Shown one piece after another: positions 28,223 to 36,663 of a stretch of 64,000 nucleotides of DNA (the first letter of the stretch is position 1; each line of letters opens with the position of its first letter). Source of the DNA: Chloroflexota bacterium. Its GTDB lineage: Bacteria; Chloroflexota; Anaerolineae; Anaerolineales; Anaerolineaceae. Location of the stretch: assembly GCA_021372725.1 (NCBI GenBank), contig JAJFTV010000119.1, positions 119 through 64,118 on the forward strand, given 5' to 3'. Position numbers and translations under genes: made by a program. The notes under the pieces were generated by a model. It made no database searches. It saw only the letters and a program-made list of their open reading frames with translations, and had not been told where the DNA came from.

Positions 28223-28256
28223 AAAATAGGCCAACCCCTTTGGGCCAGCCTATTTT
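28223..28256. terminator. bidirectional terminator between the convergent dNK and spoVS genes
   Basis: AAAATAGGC....GCCTATTTT arms with a CCC/GGG inner stem. A/T runs on both sides. Confidence 0.6.
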
Positions 28257-28278
28257 TAATCCACTGGTGAAATGTTTG

Positions 28279-28569
28279 TTATTTCGGATCAATCACCAGT
28301 TTGATTGCCGTACGAACTTTCCCATCGATCTCTACATCGACAAATTCTGGTACTGCTACAATATATACCCCTTCCTCCTTTAAGTATCCTGTAGCGAGAA
28401 CCATTGCCTTTACAGCTTGATTGACGGCTCCAGCCCCGATAGCCTGAACTTCAGCATGTTTATGTTCACGAATGACCCCAGCAATCGCCCCCGCTACGGC
28501 TGCAGTGCGGGAGTTTGCTTTCACTTTTATGATGTCCACCTTTGCCTCCCTCGACATAAATTCTGACAT
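28279..28569 (-). CDS. spoVS: SpoVS-family protein
   Basis: KVKANSRTAAVAGAIAGVIRE..EVQAIGAGAVNQAVKA...TAIKLVI is near-canonical SpoVS. The start could be Met5 at 28557. Confidence 0.9.
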   Translation of the reverse strand: MSEFMSREAKVDIIKVKANSRTAAVAGAIAGVIREHKHAEVQAIGAGAVNQAVKAMVLATGYLKEEGVYIVAVPEFVDVEIDGKVRTAIKLVIDPK

Positions 28570-28628
28570 TTTGGGGTTGTTTACAATGTGTTTATCATTT
28601 TAATGGATTTGAAAGTCAATTGCAATAC

Positions 28629-28993
28629 CTTTCCACATTATAAATCCAATAATGATTATAGTAACAGTAGTAGAGACTGTGGATATGTGGATAAAAGCAG
28701 TTTGTGGCGATGAATCCGGTATATATAACTGTTTAACTCAATTATCCCCCATATCTAGCGATTTTATCCTTCCAGGTTTTCCAGATGAAATAGGGGGATT
28801 CTTGTGGAAAAAAATCGGTAAAAAACAGCCTTTTAATTACTTTGTGAGAGAATCTTCTATGTGTCCACACTCATAATTCACCCCCTATATAGAGGAGGTG
28901 AAATTACCGTAATTTCAGGTGAATCACACTCAATTTATACCATTTCTCCACAGTTCGATGGGGTTTTCCACAAATATAAGCGGTTTATCCACA
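28629..28993. promoter_or_regulatory. DnaA-box cluster 2 with tandem boxes, TAG-trios and an AT-rich stretch (candidate oriC unwinding module)
   Basis: TGTGGATAT at 28678-28686 and TGTGGATAA at 28686-28694. TGTGGAAAA at 28803-28811. TTCTCCACA at 28944-28952. TTTTCCACA at 28964-28972. Perfect TTATCCACA at 28985-28993. TAG TAA CAG TAG TAG at 28659-28673. Confidence 0.65.
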
Positions 28994-29006
28994 GATTTAA
29001 GCCCAT

Positions 29007-30020
29007 CTACTCCTGGACAATGCCCATATCTTTTGACCAGGCATCAAGCGTTTCATCGATACTATCAAGATATTCATCCAGCCGCTGGATGCGGTCATCC
29101 ATCTGATCCGGGCTCATCCCCATCGTTTCGACCACCGCAGACCATTTATCCTGGATCATCAGGTTATCCGTTGAAACAGATGCTGCCAGGGTCCAGGTTT
29201 TGATGACCGGCCATAATGCAGCGAAGGGATGTTCTTCATTTAGAGCCAGGGTGGCATTTTTATAATAGGACAGGCGATTGATGTCCAATTTGATGGGAGC
29301 TTTTTCAGATTTTGAGGCAGCGATGAATGCTTCCTCCCAGTTTTCCAGCCAGGCAGCGGGTACCCCGGAGAAACCATCCGGGGGCATCAGCAGGTCAATG
29401 AATGCATCGGCCAGCCCAGGATTGCCAATCGCTTCGGCCCTGCCGGGGTACTGCAGCAGGAACCGGCGTTCGGTCATAGGCCTGTTGGTTAATGATGCGA
29501 CGGCATTGGCAGCTTTTTCCATAGCCTTCAGGAATTGATATACTTTTTCAGTGTGGTGTTGGGCAGTACGGTTTTTCAGATCAAACCATAACTGGCGGGA
29601 TGAGGTATAAAAATTACGTGCCCTGTACAGTGTATATTCCGGCCGGCCGTATTGGGCGCAGATACTGGACTGGGTGAATTCGAACCAGTGCTGGGTATCG
29701 TGCAAAATAATGGGATTATTACAGATAAATGGGGACAGCCATGGATCAGAACGCTGTTCCCGCGGCTGGCGAAAATCACTTTGCGCAAAATGGGCAATAT
29801 CCAGGTGAATTTCATCCGAGAGCCTGATAATTTCTCGCGGATGTTCCGGTGTGTTGTCATGGATGAAAAAAAGATCGATATCTGTGGTATGTCCAAGCAA
29901 GGGTTCATCGGTCAGCAGTGACCCGGTCAAGTAAATGCATACCATGCGCCGGTTTTGTCTCAGTTGTTGATCAGCAGCCGTTCGAGCTGCTTGCAGCAAT
30001 GAATCACGAGTTATGCGCAT
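29007..30020 (-). CDS. nucleotidyltransferase-fold (pol-beta superfamily) protein, function unknown
   Basis: GSLLTDEPLLGHTTDIDLFFIHD fits the hG[GS]-x(9-13)-DhD NTase motif. The C-terminal domain is helical. Confidence 0.45.
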   Translation of the reverse strand: MRITRDSLLQAARTAADQQLRQNRRMVCIYLTGSLLTDEPLLGHTTDIDLFFIHDNTPEHPREIIRLSDEIHLDIAHFAQSDFRQPREQRSDPWLSPFICNNPIILHDTQHWFEFTQSSICAQYGRPEYTLYRARNFYTSSRQLWFDLKNRTAQHHTEKVYQFLKAMEKAANAVASLTNRPMTERRFLLQYPGRAEAIGNPGLADAFIDLLMPPDGFSGVPAAWLENWEEAFIAASKSEKAPIKLDINRLSYYKNATLALNEEHPFAALWPVIKTWTLAASVSTDNLMIQDKWSAVVETMGMSPDQMDDRIQRLDEYLDSIDETLDAWSKDMGIVQE

Positions 30021-30080
30021 TTCTCCCCTTCCAAAGAAAAAATGTGGACAAACTGAACATCTAAATACCTGACCATTTTA

Positions 30081-30728
30081 CTACGAAGGTTCATTTGTAT
30101 TGGGTAGTTCCGGCTGAAAAGGTGCCAACTGCAATGCCTGGCGGATACGTGTCTCAATCCAGATCAGGTCTTCTTCATGGCGGACAAAATCCCGCGTGTT
30201 GGTGTCAATCACCAATGTGGGGGAGGGATGTTTTTCATGCAGAAAGTAAGTGTCATACGCTTCGTTGAGCGATTGGATATAATCCCGTTCCATGCTGCGT
30301 TCATAAGAGCGATCGCGCTGTGCAATGCGCTGCATGAGAACATCGGTATCAGCTCGCAGATATACGATGAGGGTGGGGAGAATCGTTTTCTCGGCCAGCG
30401 CTTCCTGCACACGATAGTACATCTCCAGTTCATCACCTTTCAGGTTGATTCTGGCAAACAGGGCGTCTTTTTCAAACGTATAATCGCTGATCAGGGTTTT
30501 ATTTTCTTGCAGCAGTCTTGAGACGCCATGCCGCTGTTGCTGATATCGACTGAGAAGGAAGAAGATTTGTGTTTGAAATGCATATCGTGCACGGTCGGAG
30601 TAAAAATCACCCAGAAAAGGATTTTCCTCAAATACCTCCAACAGTAAACTGGCCTGAAAGGATGGCTGAAGCATCCGTGCCAGGGTGGTCTTGCCGACGC
30701 CAATCACACCTTCGACCGCAAAATACAT
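30081..30728 (-). CDS. deoxynucleoside kinase (second paralog)
   Basis: P-loop GVIGVGKTT. ISDYTFEKD occupies the ERS-motif position. Arg-rich lid QRDRSYE. Confidence 0.8.
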   Translation of the reverse strand: MYFAVEGVIGVGKTTLARMLQPSFQASLLLEVFEENPFLGDFYSDRARYAFQTQIFFLLSRYQQQRHGVSRLLQENKTLISDYTFEKDALFARINLKGDELEMYYRVQEALAEKTILPTLIVYLRADTDVLMQRIAQRDRSYERSMERDYIQSLNEAYDTYFLHEKHPSPTLVIDTNTRDFVRHEEDLIWIETRIRQALQLAPFQPELPNTNEPS

Positions 30729-31006
30729 GAAACCTCCAAAAAAGGGAATTCACATTGCAGCCGTTATTTGGAAAAGCGGAGCCATCCATGGCTGCCCGGT
30801 TTCCGGTAAATATACCATATTTGCATTGTTCTCGAAGATTACGGTTATTTTGTACATGCCTGGCGGGGTATAGCTTGCTTATGATTTTGCCTTCCATCTC
30901 GTGTTGGAAAACCGGTAAACTGACAGGAGTAAAGATCAATAACTTATAATTATGACGATTTGAGAAGAATTCATTTTTTATTGTTCAGGAATCGTACAGG
31001 AGTGAA

Positions 31007-31777
31007 ATGTTCACAAGAGCCATTGTAAAAACACCGGCAGAAAATTTTTCTTCGGGATTGACAACAGCCAATCTTGGACAACCTGATTTTTCGACGGCAC
31101 TGCTCCAGCATGAAGCATACTGCCAGGCGCTCAGGAAATGCGGACTGGATTTGACGGAGCTTCCCCCGGATCCCAATTATCCGGATTCCACTTTTGTGGA
31201 AGATACCGCCATTCTTACCGAACGATGTGCCATTTTGACACATCCAGGCGCTCCCAGCCGGCAAGGTGAAGTCAGCGAAATCCGCCCCACTATCGGACAG
31301 TTTTACAACCGCATCCATACCCTCACTGCGCCGGGTACCCTGGACGGGGGTGACATCTGTGACGCGGATGGACATTTCTTTATCGGCATTTCCGAGCGAA
31401 CGAACGAAGAGGGTGCCCGCCAACTGGCTGATTTATTGCTCCAGGAGGGGTATACGGCCAGCTTTGTGGATGTCAGGCCGGTACCCGGCATCCTGCATCT
31501 GAAAAGCGGGATGGCCAGTCTGGGAGACGGCACTCTGCTGCTGATCAAAGAATTGGCGGATCATCCTGCGTTTGAGAATTATCAGCGGGTGATTGTTCCT
31601 GCCGGCGAAACTTATGCAGCGAACTGCGTCCGGGTGAATGATACGGTATTGATGGCCAGTGGATTTCCACAGGTGGGAAACCTGGTGGAAAGGCTGGGTA
31701 TCCCCAGGCTGGTTCTGGACATGTCAGAATTTGAGAAGATGGATGGGGGGTTGAGCTGTCTTTCGCTGCGCTTCTGA
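31007..31777 (+). CDS. dimethylarginine dimethylaminohydrolase / amidinotransferase-family protein
   Basis: N-terminus AIVKTPAENFSSGLT and C-terminal GGLSCLSLRF (catalytic Cys context), typical of the DDAH family. Confidence 0.7.
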   Translation: MFTRAIVKTPAENFSSGLTTANLGQPDFSTALLQHEAYCQALRKCGLDLTELPPDPNYPDSTFVEDTAILTERCAILTHPGAPSRQGEVSEIRPTIGQFYNRIHTLTAPGTLDGGDICDADGHFFIGISERTNEEGARQLADLLLQEGYTASFVDVRPVPGILHLKSGMASLGDGTLLLIKELADHPAFENYQRVIVPAGETYAANCVRVNDTVLMASGFPQVGNLVERLGIPRLVLDMSEFEKMDGGLSCLSLRF

Positions 31778-31819
31778 TGAATTGACATGCCCACCTCCGG
31801 ACGGTACAATCAAGGCCGT

Positions 31820-34024
31820 ATGGACCCTTTAAAAGAGCTCAACCCACAGCAGCAACGCGCCGTGGCTGCCGGGCCGGGACAGGTGCTGGTTTTAGCCGGC
31901 CCGGGCTCAGGCAAGACACGCGTGCTTACCTTCCGGATTGCCTATTTGATCTACAACATGGGCGTACCTCCTTATCGCATCAATGCACTCACCTTTACCA
32001 ACAAGGCTGCCCGTGAAATGGCCAAGCGGGTGGAAGGGCTGCTCGGGTCAAACGCCGAGGGTCTTTGGGTGGGCACTTTCCACTCCACCTGTGCGCGTAT
32101 TCTACGCCGCGAGGCCGATCACCTGCCGTTTAGCTCCAGTTTTGTCATCTATGACGCCGATGATCAGATTTCACTGGTCAAGAACATACTGCGGGAACTC
32201 AACATCGATGATAAACAAAACCCGCCCCAACGAATCCACGCCGCCATCTCCCATGCTAAAAACCACCTGATCCTGCCGGGTGATCTGGTCCAGCAAACCT
32301 ATCGCGATATGATTGTCCAGCGGGTTTATGAGAGTTATCAGAAGGCTCTCACGGCCAATAATGCCGTCGATTTTGATGACCTGCTGTTATGGACCGAGCG
32401 GTTGTTTGCTGAAAACCCGGGTGTTCAGCAACAGTACGCCCGCCGTTTTGAACACATCCTGGTGGACGAATTCCAGGATACCAACCTGGCCCAGTATGAA
32501 ATTCTCAAGCACATGAGCTCCTTCCATCACAATCTGTTTGTGGTGGGTGATGAAGACCAGTCCATTTATCGCTGGCGCGGCGCCGATTACCGGAATGTGC
32601 AGCGTTTTGAACAGGAGTATCCCGATTGCGTGAAAATCCTGCTCGAACAGAACTATCGCTCCCGCCAGTTGGTGCTGGATGCAGCCCGGGCGGTGATCGA
32701 CCGCAACACCAACCGTACACCGAAAAACCTGTTTACCGAGCGCGGTAAAGGCGATACCATTATCCTGCATGAAGCCCCCGATGATTACAGCGAGGCTGCT
32801 TATGTGGTGGATACCATTCAAAAGCAGATGCAACACGGCAAGAAAGGCGGCGATTTTGCGATTATGTATCGCACCAACGCCCAGTCACGCCTGTTGGAAG
32901 ATGCTTTTGCACGCTCCGGCATGCCCTACCGTCTGGTGGGCGCGCAGCGCTTTTATGGCCGGCGCGAGATCAAGGATCTGATTGCTTACCTGCGGCTGCT
33001 GCAAAACCCGTCTGATGAGATCAGCCTGGAACGGGTGATCAACGTTCCGCCGCGCAAGATTGGCGACAAAACCCGCCTGCACCTGTTACAGATTGCCTCC
33101 CAACTGCAAATAAGCCCCGGCGCTTTGCTGGTGAACCTGGGCACAGAGTTGGAGAAGTCAACATTCTGGCAGGAGTTCAGCGGGCGCGAAATTGCTCCCC
33201 TGGCGGGGTTTGCGCAGTTGTACTGTACCTGGCGGGGCAGTCACCTTTCCCTCCCGCTGCATGAGATAGTGGAACGCATCATCCTGGATATCGGCTATCG
33301 TGATTATCTGGAGGACGGACGAGAAGAAGGATTGGATCGCTGGGCAAACGTGGAAGAGTTCCTCCGGCTGGCCTACGAATTTGAAGAGCGTGATTTGGGA
33401 TTACCGGAATTCCTGGAGAACCTGGCGCTGGTGTCGGATCAGGATACAATGCCTGAAAAACAGGATTCCCCAACCCTGCTTACCTTGCATGCCGCCAAGG
33501 GGCTGGAGTTCGACCAGGTTTTCATCATCGGGCTGGATGACGGCATTCTGCCGCACAGCCGGTCGATTAACTCAGACGACCCCGAGGAGATGGCCGAAGA
33601 ACGCCGGCTCTTTTATGTTGGCATTACCCGTACAAAGAACCAGCTTTACCTGGTGAGATCCACATATCGCACATCGTATGGGGCTTCAAGCATCACCATC
33701 CCTTCCCGTTTTCTGGACGACATCCCGGATGACCTCATTCGCGAACAAAGTGTGAAATCGGCGCCCGCTACCCGTGAGCACTGGCGCAGAGATACTTATG
33801 AACAGCAGACCCGCTGGAACCCGCAGTCTGGGCGCCGCCCGGCGGCAGCCATTCTGACGCCCAAATATCGCGCCGGCGTGCATGTCAAACACCCTGATTG
33901 GGGGCCTGGGCTGGTGTTGGAAAGCCGTATGGACGGGGACGAAGAAGTATTGGATGTCCACTTTGAAAGTGTCGGCTTCAAACGATTGCTGGCTGAATTG
34001 GCCAAACTTGAAATCGTTGAATAA
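31820..34024 (+). CDS. pcrA: ATP-dependent DNA helicase PcrA/UvrD family
   Basis: AGPGSGKT Walker A, VDEFQDTN, YRS..., GLEFD and VGITRTK motifs. The start MDPLKELNPQQ is preferred over the track start. Confidence 0.9.
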   Translation: MDPLKELNPQQQRAVAAGPGQVLVLAGPGSGKTRVLTFRIAYLIYNMGVPPYRINALTFTNKAAREMAKRVEGLLGSNAEGLWVGTFHSTCARILRREADHLPFSSSFVIYDADDQISLVKNILRELNIDDKQNPPQRIHAAISHAKNHLILPGDLVQQTYRDMIVQRVYESYQKALTANNAVDFDDLLLWTERLFAENPGVQQQYARRFEHILVDEFQDTNLAQYEILKHMSSFHHNLFVVGDEDQSIYRWRGADYRNVQRFEQEYPDCVKILLEQNYRSRQLVLDAARAVIDRNTNRTPKNLFTERGKGDTIILHEAPDDYSEAAYVVDTIQKQMQHGKKGGDFAIMYRTNAQSRLLEDAFARSGMPYRLVGAQRFYGRREIKDLIAYLRLLQNPSDEISLERVINVPPRKIGDKTRLHLLQIASQLQISPGALLVNLGTELEKSTFWQEFSGREIAPLAGFAQLYCTWRGSHLSLPLHEIVERIILDIGYRDYLEDGREEGLDRWANVEEFLRLAYEFEERDLGLPEFLENLALVSDQDTMPEKQDSPTLLTLHAAKGLEFDQVFIIGLDDGILPHSRSINSDDPEEMAEERRLFYVGITRTKNQLYLVRSTYRTSYGASSITIPSRFLDDIPDDLIREQSVKSAPATREHWRRDTYEQQTRWNPQSGRRPAAAILTPKYRAGVHVKHPDWGPGLVLESRMDGDEEVLDVHFESVGFKRLLAELAKLEIVE

Positions 34025-34067
34025 CCTGAATGTCCCATCTTTTCCAAATCGTTTCTGCCGCTTATTT

Positions 34068-34189
34068 AGATGGTGGTATTGTATAACTTGCACAAAACGA
34101 GGTCGTTGCCAATTTCACCGCCGTCACCCAACCTCCCGTCCCCCTTCCGCAGGGGGTGAAAATCCCTTTCTCCGGGGCTTTTTGAGCCG
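34068..34189 (+). repeat. modular repeat element, copy C (truncated in hairpin 2)
   Basis: 34068-34128 is identical to 2586-2646. Hairpin 1 is CCCCCT/AGGGGG (about 34141-34157). The left arm GGGGCTTTTTGAGCCG (34174-34189) is present but its right arm is missing. Confidence 0.8.
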
Positions 34190-34257
34190 TATAAAGGGGT
34201 GGGGTGTAGTGGATCCAAAACTTTGGAAACTTTTTCAACACCCTCTCCGCATCTTAT

Positions 34258-34286
34258 TTGACAAGACTTCTTCCATCGGTTATCCT
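34258..34286 (+). promoter_or_regulatory. promoter of the SRP RNA gene (TTGACA-17-TATCCT)
   Basis: -35 at 34258-34263 and -10 at 34281-34286. This places the TSS about 34292, at the base of the SRP helix. Confidence 0.55.
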
Positions 34287-34290
34287 TAGC

Positions 34291-34403
34291 CCTGCGTCCG
34301 GGTGGGACCGGCGCGGCGGAACCCTGCGAACCCCGTCAGATCCGAGAGGAAGCAGCGGTAAGAAGGTATTTCCGGGCGCCGCCGGCAAACCTACCCGGCG
34401 CAT
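34291..34403 (+). ncRNA. ffs: signal recognition particle RNA, short (4.5S-type) form
   Basis: GUCAGAUCC-GAGA-GGAAGCAGC matches conserved SRP domain IV (E. coli GUCAGGUCC-GGAA-GGAAGCAGC) with a GNRA tetraloop. The long closing helix is TGCG.CCGGGTGGG...CCTACCCGG.CGCA, followed by TTTGT. Confidence 0.8.
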
Positions 34404-34407
34404 TTGT

Positions 34408-35316
34408 ATGAAGATGACTACTCCACCTATTTGCAATTACGAAGACTCCGATTACCAGGATACTTTCTGGGAAGCCGGCGGTCGTGACTATGAAGATGCT
34501 GTGGAAGCGGTTGCCATAAACCGGCTGATGCCTCGATCCGGCAGCCGCCTGCTCGAACTGGGCGCAGGCGCCGGACGCAATTCTTCCCGTTATCGCGGTT
34601 TTCAACAGGTGACATTGCTCGATTACTCACATAGCCAGTTGGAACGCGCTCGTGACCGCCTGCGCTGCACCCAGGACCCCGGGAATGAATACCGTTTTGT
34701 GGCTGCCGACATCTACCGACTGCCGTTTGCTCCAGGTGTATTTGATGCCGCGACCATGATCCGTACACTGCATCACCTCAGCGAACCGGTCAGCGCCCTT
34801 CTGCAGGTTCGGCGTGTACTTCAACCGGAAGCTGTTTTCATCCTCGAATATGCCAACAAGCACAATCTGAAATCGATTTTGCGCTATCTGTTCCGCCTCC
34901 AGAAATGGAGCCCCTTCACCCGCGAACCGGTTGAGTTTGTGAAATTGAATTACGATTTTCATCCGGCGGCAGTTCGGTCGTGGCTGGATGAAGCGGGCTT
35001 TGTACTGGAGCGACAGCTTACGGTTTCTCATTTCCGAATTGGATTGTTCAAAAAAGTGCTGCCCCTTAAATTGCTGGTTTGGATGGATTCAACTGCCCAG
35101 CTAACCGGTGATTGGTGGCAGATGTCACCCAGCGTATTTACCCGCAGCCATACCACACAAGACGGTGCCCCTGCTGCGAAAGTTGCCTTTTTTGCCTGCC
35201 CGGCTTGTGGTGAACCGCTGGCGGATACCCCGCCCCTGATTATATGTCCGGCTTGCGGGAAGCAGTACCCGGTGGAAGACTGTATTTATGATTTCCGATT
35301 GACGCAGAATTCTTGA
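34408..35316 (+). CDS. class I SAM-dependent methyltransferase with C-terminal zinc ribbon
   Basis: LLELGAGAGRN motif I. C-terminal CPACGEPL...CPACGKQYPVEDCIYDF (Trm112-like). The first 50 codons of the track ORF overlap the ffs promoter and RNA. Confidence 0.75.
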   Translation: MKMTTPPICNYEDSDYQDTFWEAGGRDYEDAVEAVAINRLMPRSGSRLLELGAGAGRNSSRYRGFQQVTLLDYSHSQLERARDRLRCTQDPGNEYRFVAADIYRLPFAPGVFDAATMIRTLHHLSEPVSALLQVRRVLQPEAVFILEYANKHNLKSILRYLFRLQKWSPFTREPVEFVKLNYDFHPAAVRSWLDEAGFVLERQLTVSHFRIGLFKKVLPLKLLVWMDSTAQLTGDWWQMSPSVFTRSHTTQDGAPAAKVAFFACPACGEPLADTPPLIICPACGKQYPVEDCIYDFRLTQNS

Positions 35317-35393
35317 TAAATTTTGCTTGTTGAAAATCAAAGAAAGTAATCCATTAACCTATTGGGTATTTGGCTGGTTGAGGAGATACGCCC

Positions 35394-35424
35394 TTGGGCG
35401 GATGGTTCGCTGCGCTCACCATGA
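35394..35424 (+). repeat. 31-nt dispersed repeat, copy 1
   Basis: TTGGGCGGATGGTTCGCTGCGCTCACCATGA matches 55901-55931 with 2 mismatches. Confidence 0.7.
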
Positions 35425-35496
35425 TAAAAAGTAAGTCGTTTCCATAATCGGTCAATTTATTGACCTGTCAATTCAATTTTCGTCTACAATTAAGCC

Positions 35497-36663
35497 ATGT
35501 CAGCACCTCCTCCCTTCATCAAGGGCCTTGAGTTGAGCAGCCTGTATTTCAAAGAGGCAGTCCAACCGATACTGGATTCGTATTTCCCGCATCTTGACTA
35601 TTCGGCCGGACGGCTGGATTTTGGATCGGATGTGCTGGGGTTCGATACCCCCATGTCACGCGATCACGATTGGGGACCCCGGCTGATGCTTTTTCTCGTT
35701 GAAGAAGAGCTGGAATCGAAACGCGTTTCGATTTTGCGCTGCCTGTCTCATCACTTGCCGGTTGAAATACATGGGTACCCCACTCATTTCATAAACCTGC
35801 ATTCAGACGGCGGGATCATGAAAGCGGTTCAGCATGGCCCTGTAACGCCCTATATCTCCATTACCAGCCCGGAGCGATTTTTCCTCGGTTATGCAGGCGT
35901 GGATATCACTCGTCCCCTGACCGCTGCGAACTGGTTGTCGATTCCCTGGCAACGCCTGGCGACCATCCATTCCGGTCGTGTATTCTATGACGGCCTGGGA
36001 CGCCTGTTGGATTTGCAGGAAAGTTTGAATTGGTATTCGCATGATTTGTGGTTGTACACGCTGGCTGCCCAATGGCGCCAAATTGATCAGGAAGAACCAT
36101 TTATGGGGCGCTGCGGGGATGCCGGCGATGAGCTGGGTTCACGGGATGTGTCTGCCCGCCTGGTTCACCGGTTGATGGAGCTTTGCTTTCTGATGGAAAA
36201 ACACTGGCCGCCGTATTCCAAGTGGTTTGGTACTGCATTTTCCAGCTTGAAATGTGCTGCGGATCTCCAACCGTTGTTGATGCAGTTGACCGCTGCACTG
36301 GATTGGAAAACCCGCCAGGCCTTGCTTTCGGAGGTGTATCTGCGGGTGGGTGAAATGCATAACCGGCTGGAGATCACCCGATTTATCCAACCCGAGATTT
36401 CCTTCTTTTACTCCCGTCCTTACAGAGTCCCGCATGCCGGCAGGTTTGTCGATGCATTGCGGGCTGCCATCCAGTCTGACGAAGTACTGGCATTACCCAG
36501 GTATGCCGGCAGCATCGATCAGTTTGTCGATAATACGGATATCCTTGAATCGATTGCTCTTTGTCAACAGTTGAAAACACTCTATCTGGCACCCATAATG
36601 GATGATTTTCCGGATCCCGGCCCACTGATCGATCCGCTCACATTACCGGAGGATTCATCATGA
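35497..36663 (+). CDS. nucleotidyltransferase-fold / DUF4037-like protein
   Basis: FGSDVLGFDTPMSRDHDWGP resembles the NTase G[S]-x-D..D motif seen in DUF4037-containing proteins. TACAAT lies 10 nt before the ATG. Confidence 0.35.
   Translation: MSAPPPFIKGLELSSLYFKEAVQPILDSYFPHLDYSAGRLDFGSDVLGFDTPMSRDHDWGPRLMLFLVEEELESKRVSILRCLSHHLPVEIHGYPTHFINLHSDGGIMKAVQHGPVTPYISITSPERFFLGYAGVDITRPLTAANWLSIPWQRLATIHSGRVFYDGLGRLLDLQESLNWYSHDLWLYTLAAQWRQIDQEEPFMGRCGDAGDELGSRDVSARLVHRLMELCFLMEKHWPPYSKWFGTAFSSLKCAADLQPLLMQLTAALDWKTRQALLSEVYLRVGEMHNRLEITRFIQPEISFFYSRPYRVPHAGRFVDALRAAIQSDEVLALPRYAGSIDQFVDNTDILESIALCQQLKTLYLAPIMDDFPDPGPLIDPLTLPEDSS

Noticed and set aside
33882-34407. Track ORF 33882..34289 and the first 50 codons of 34258..35316
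   Set aside because: They cover the pcrA 3' end, repeat copy C, the ffs promoter and the SRP RNA. The RNA assignment explains the sequence better than a coding one.
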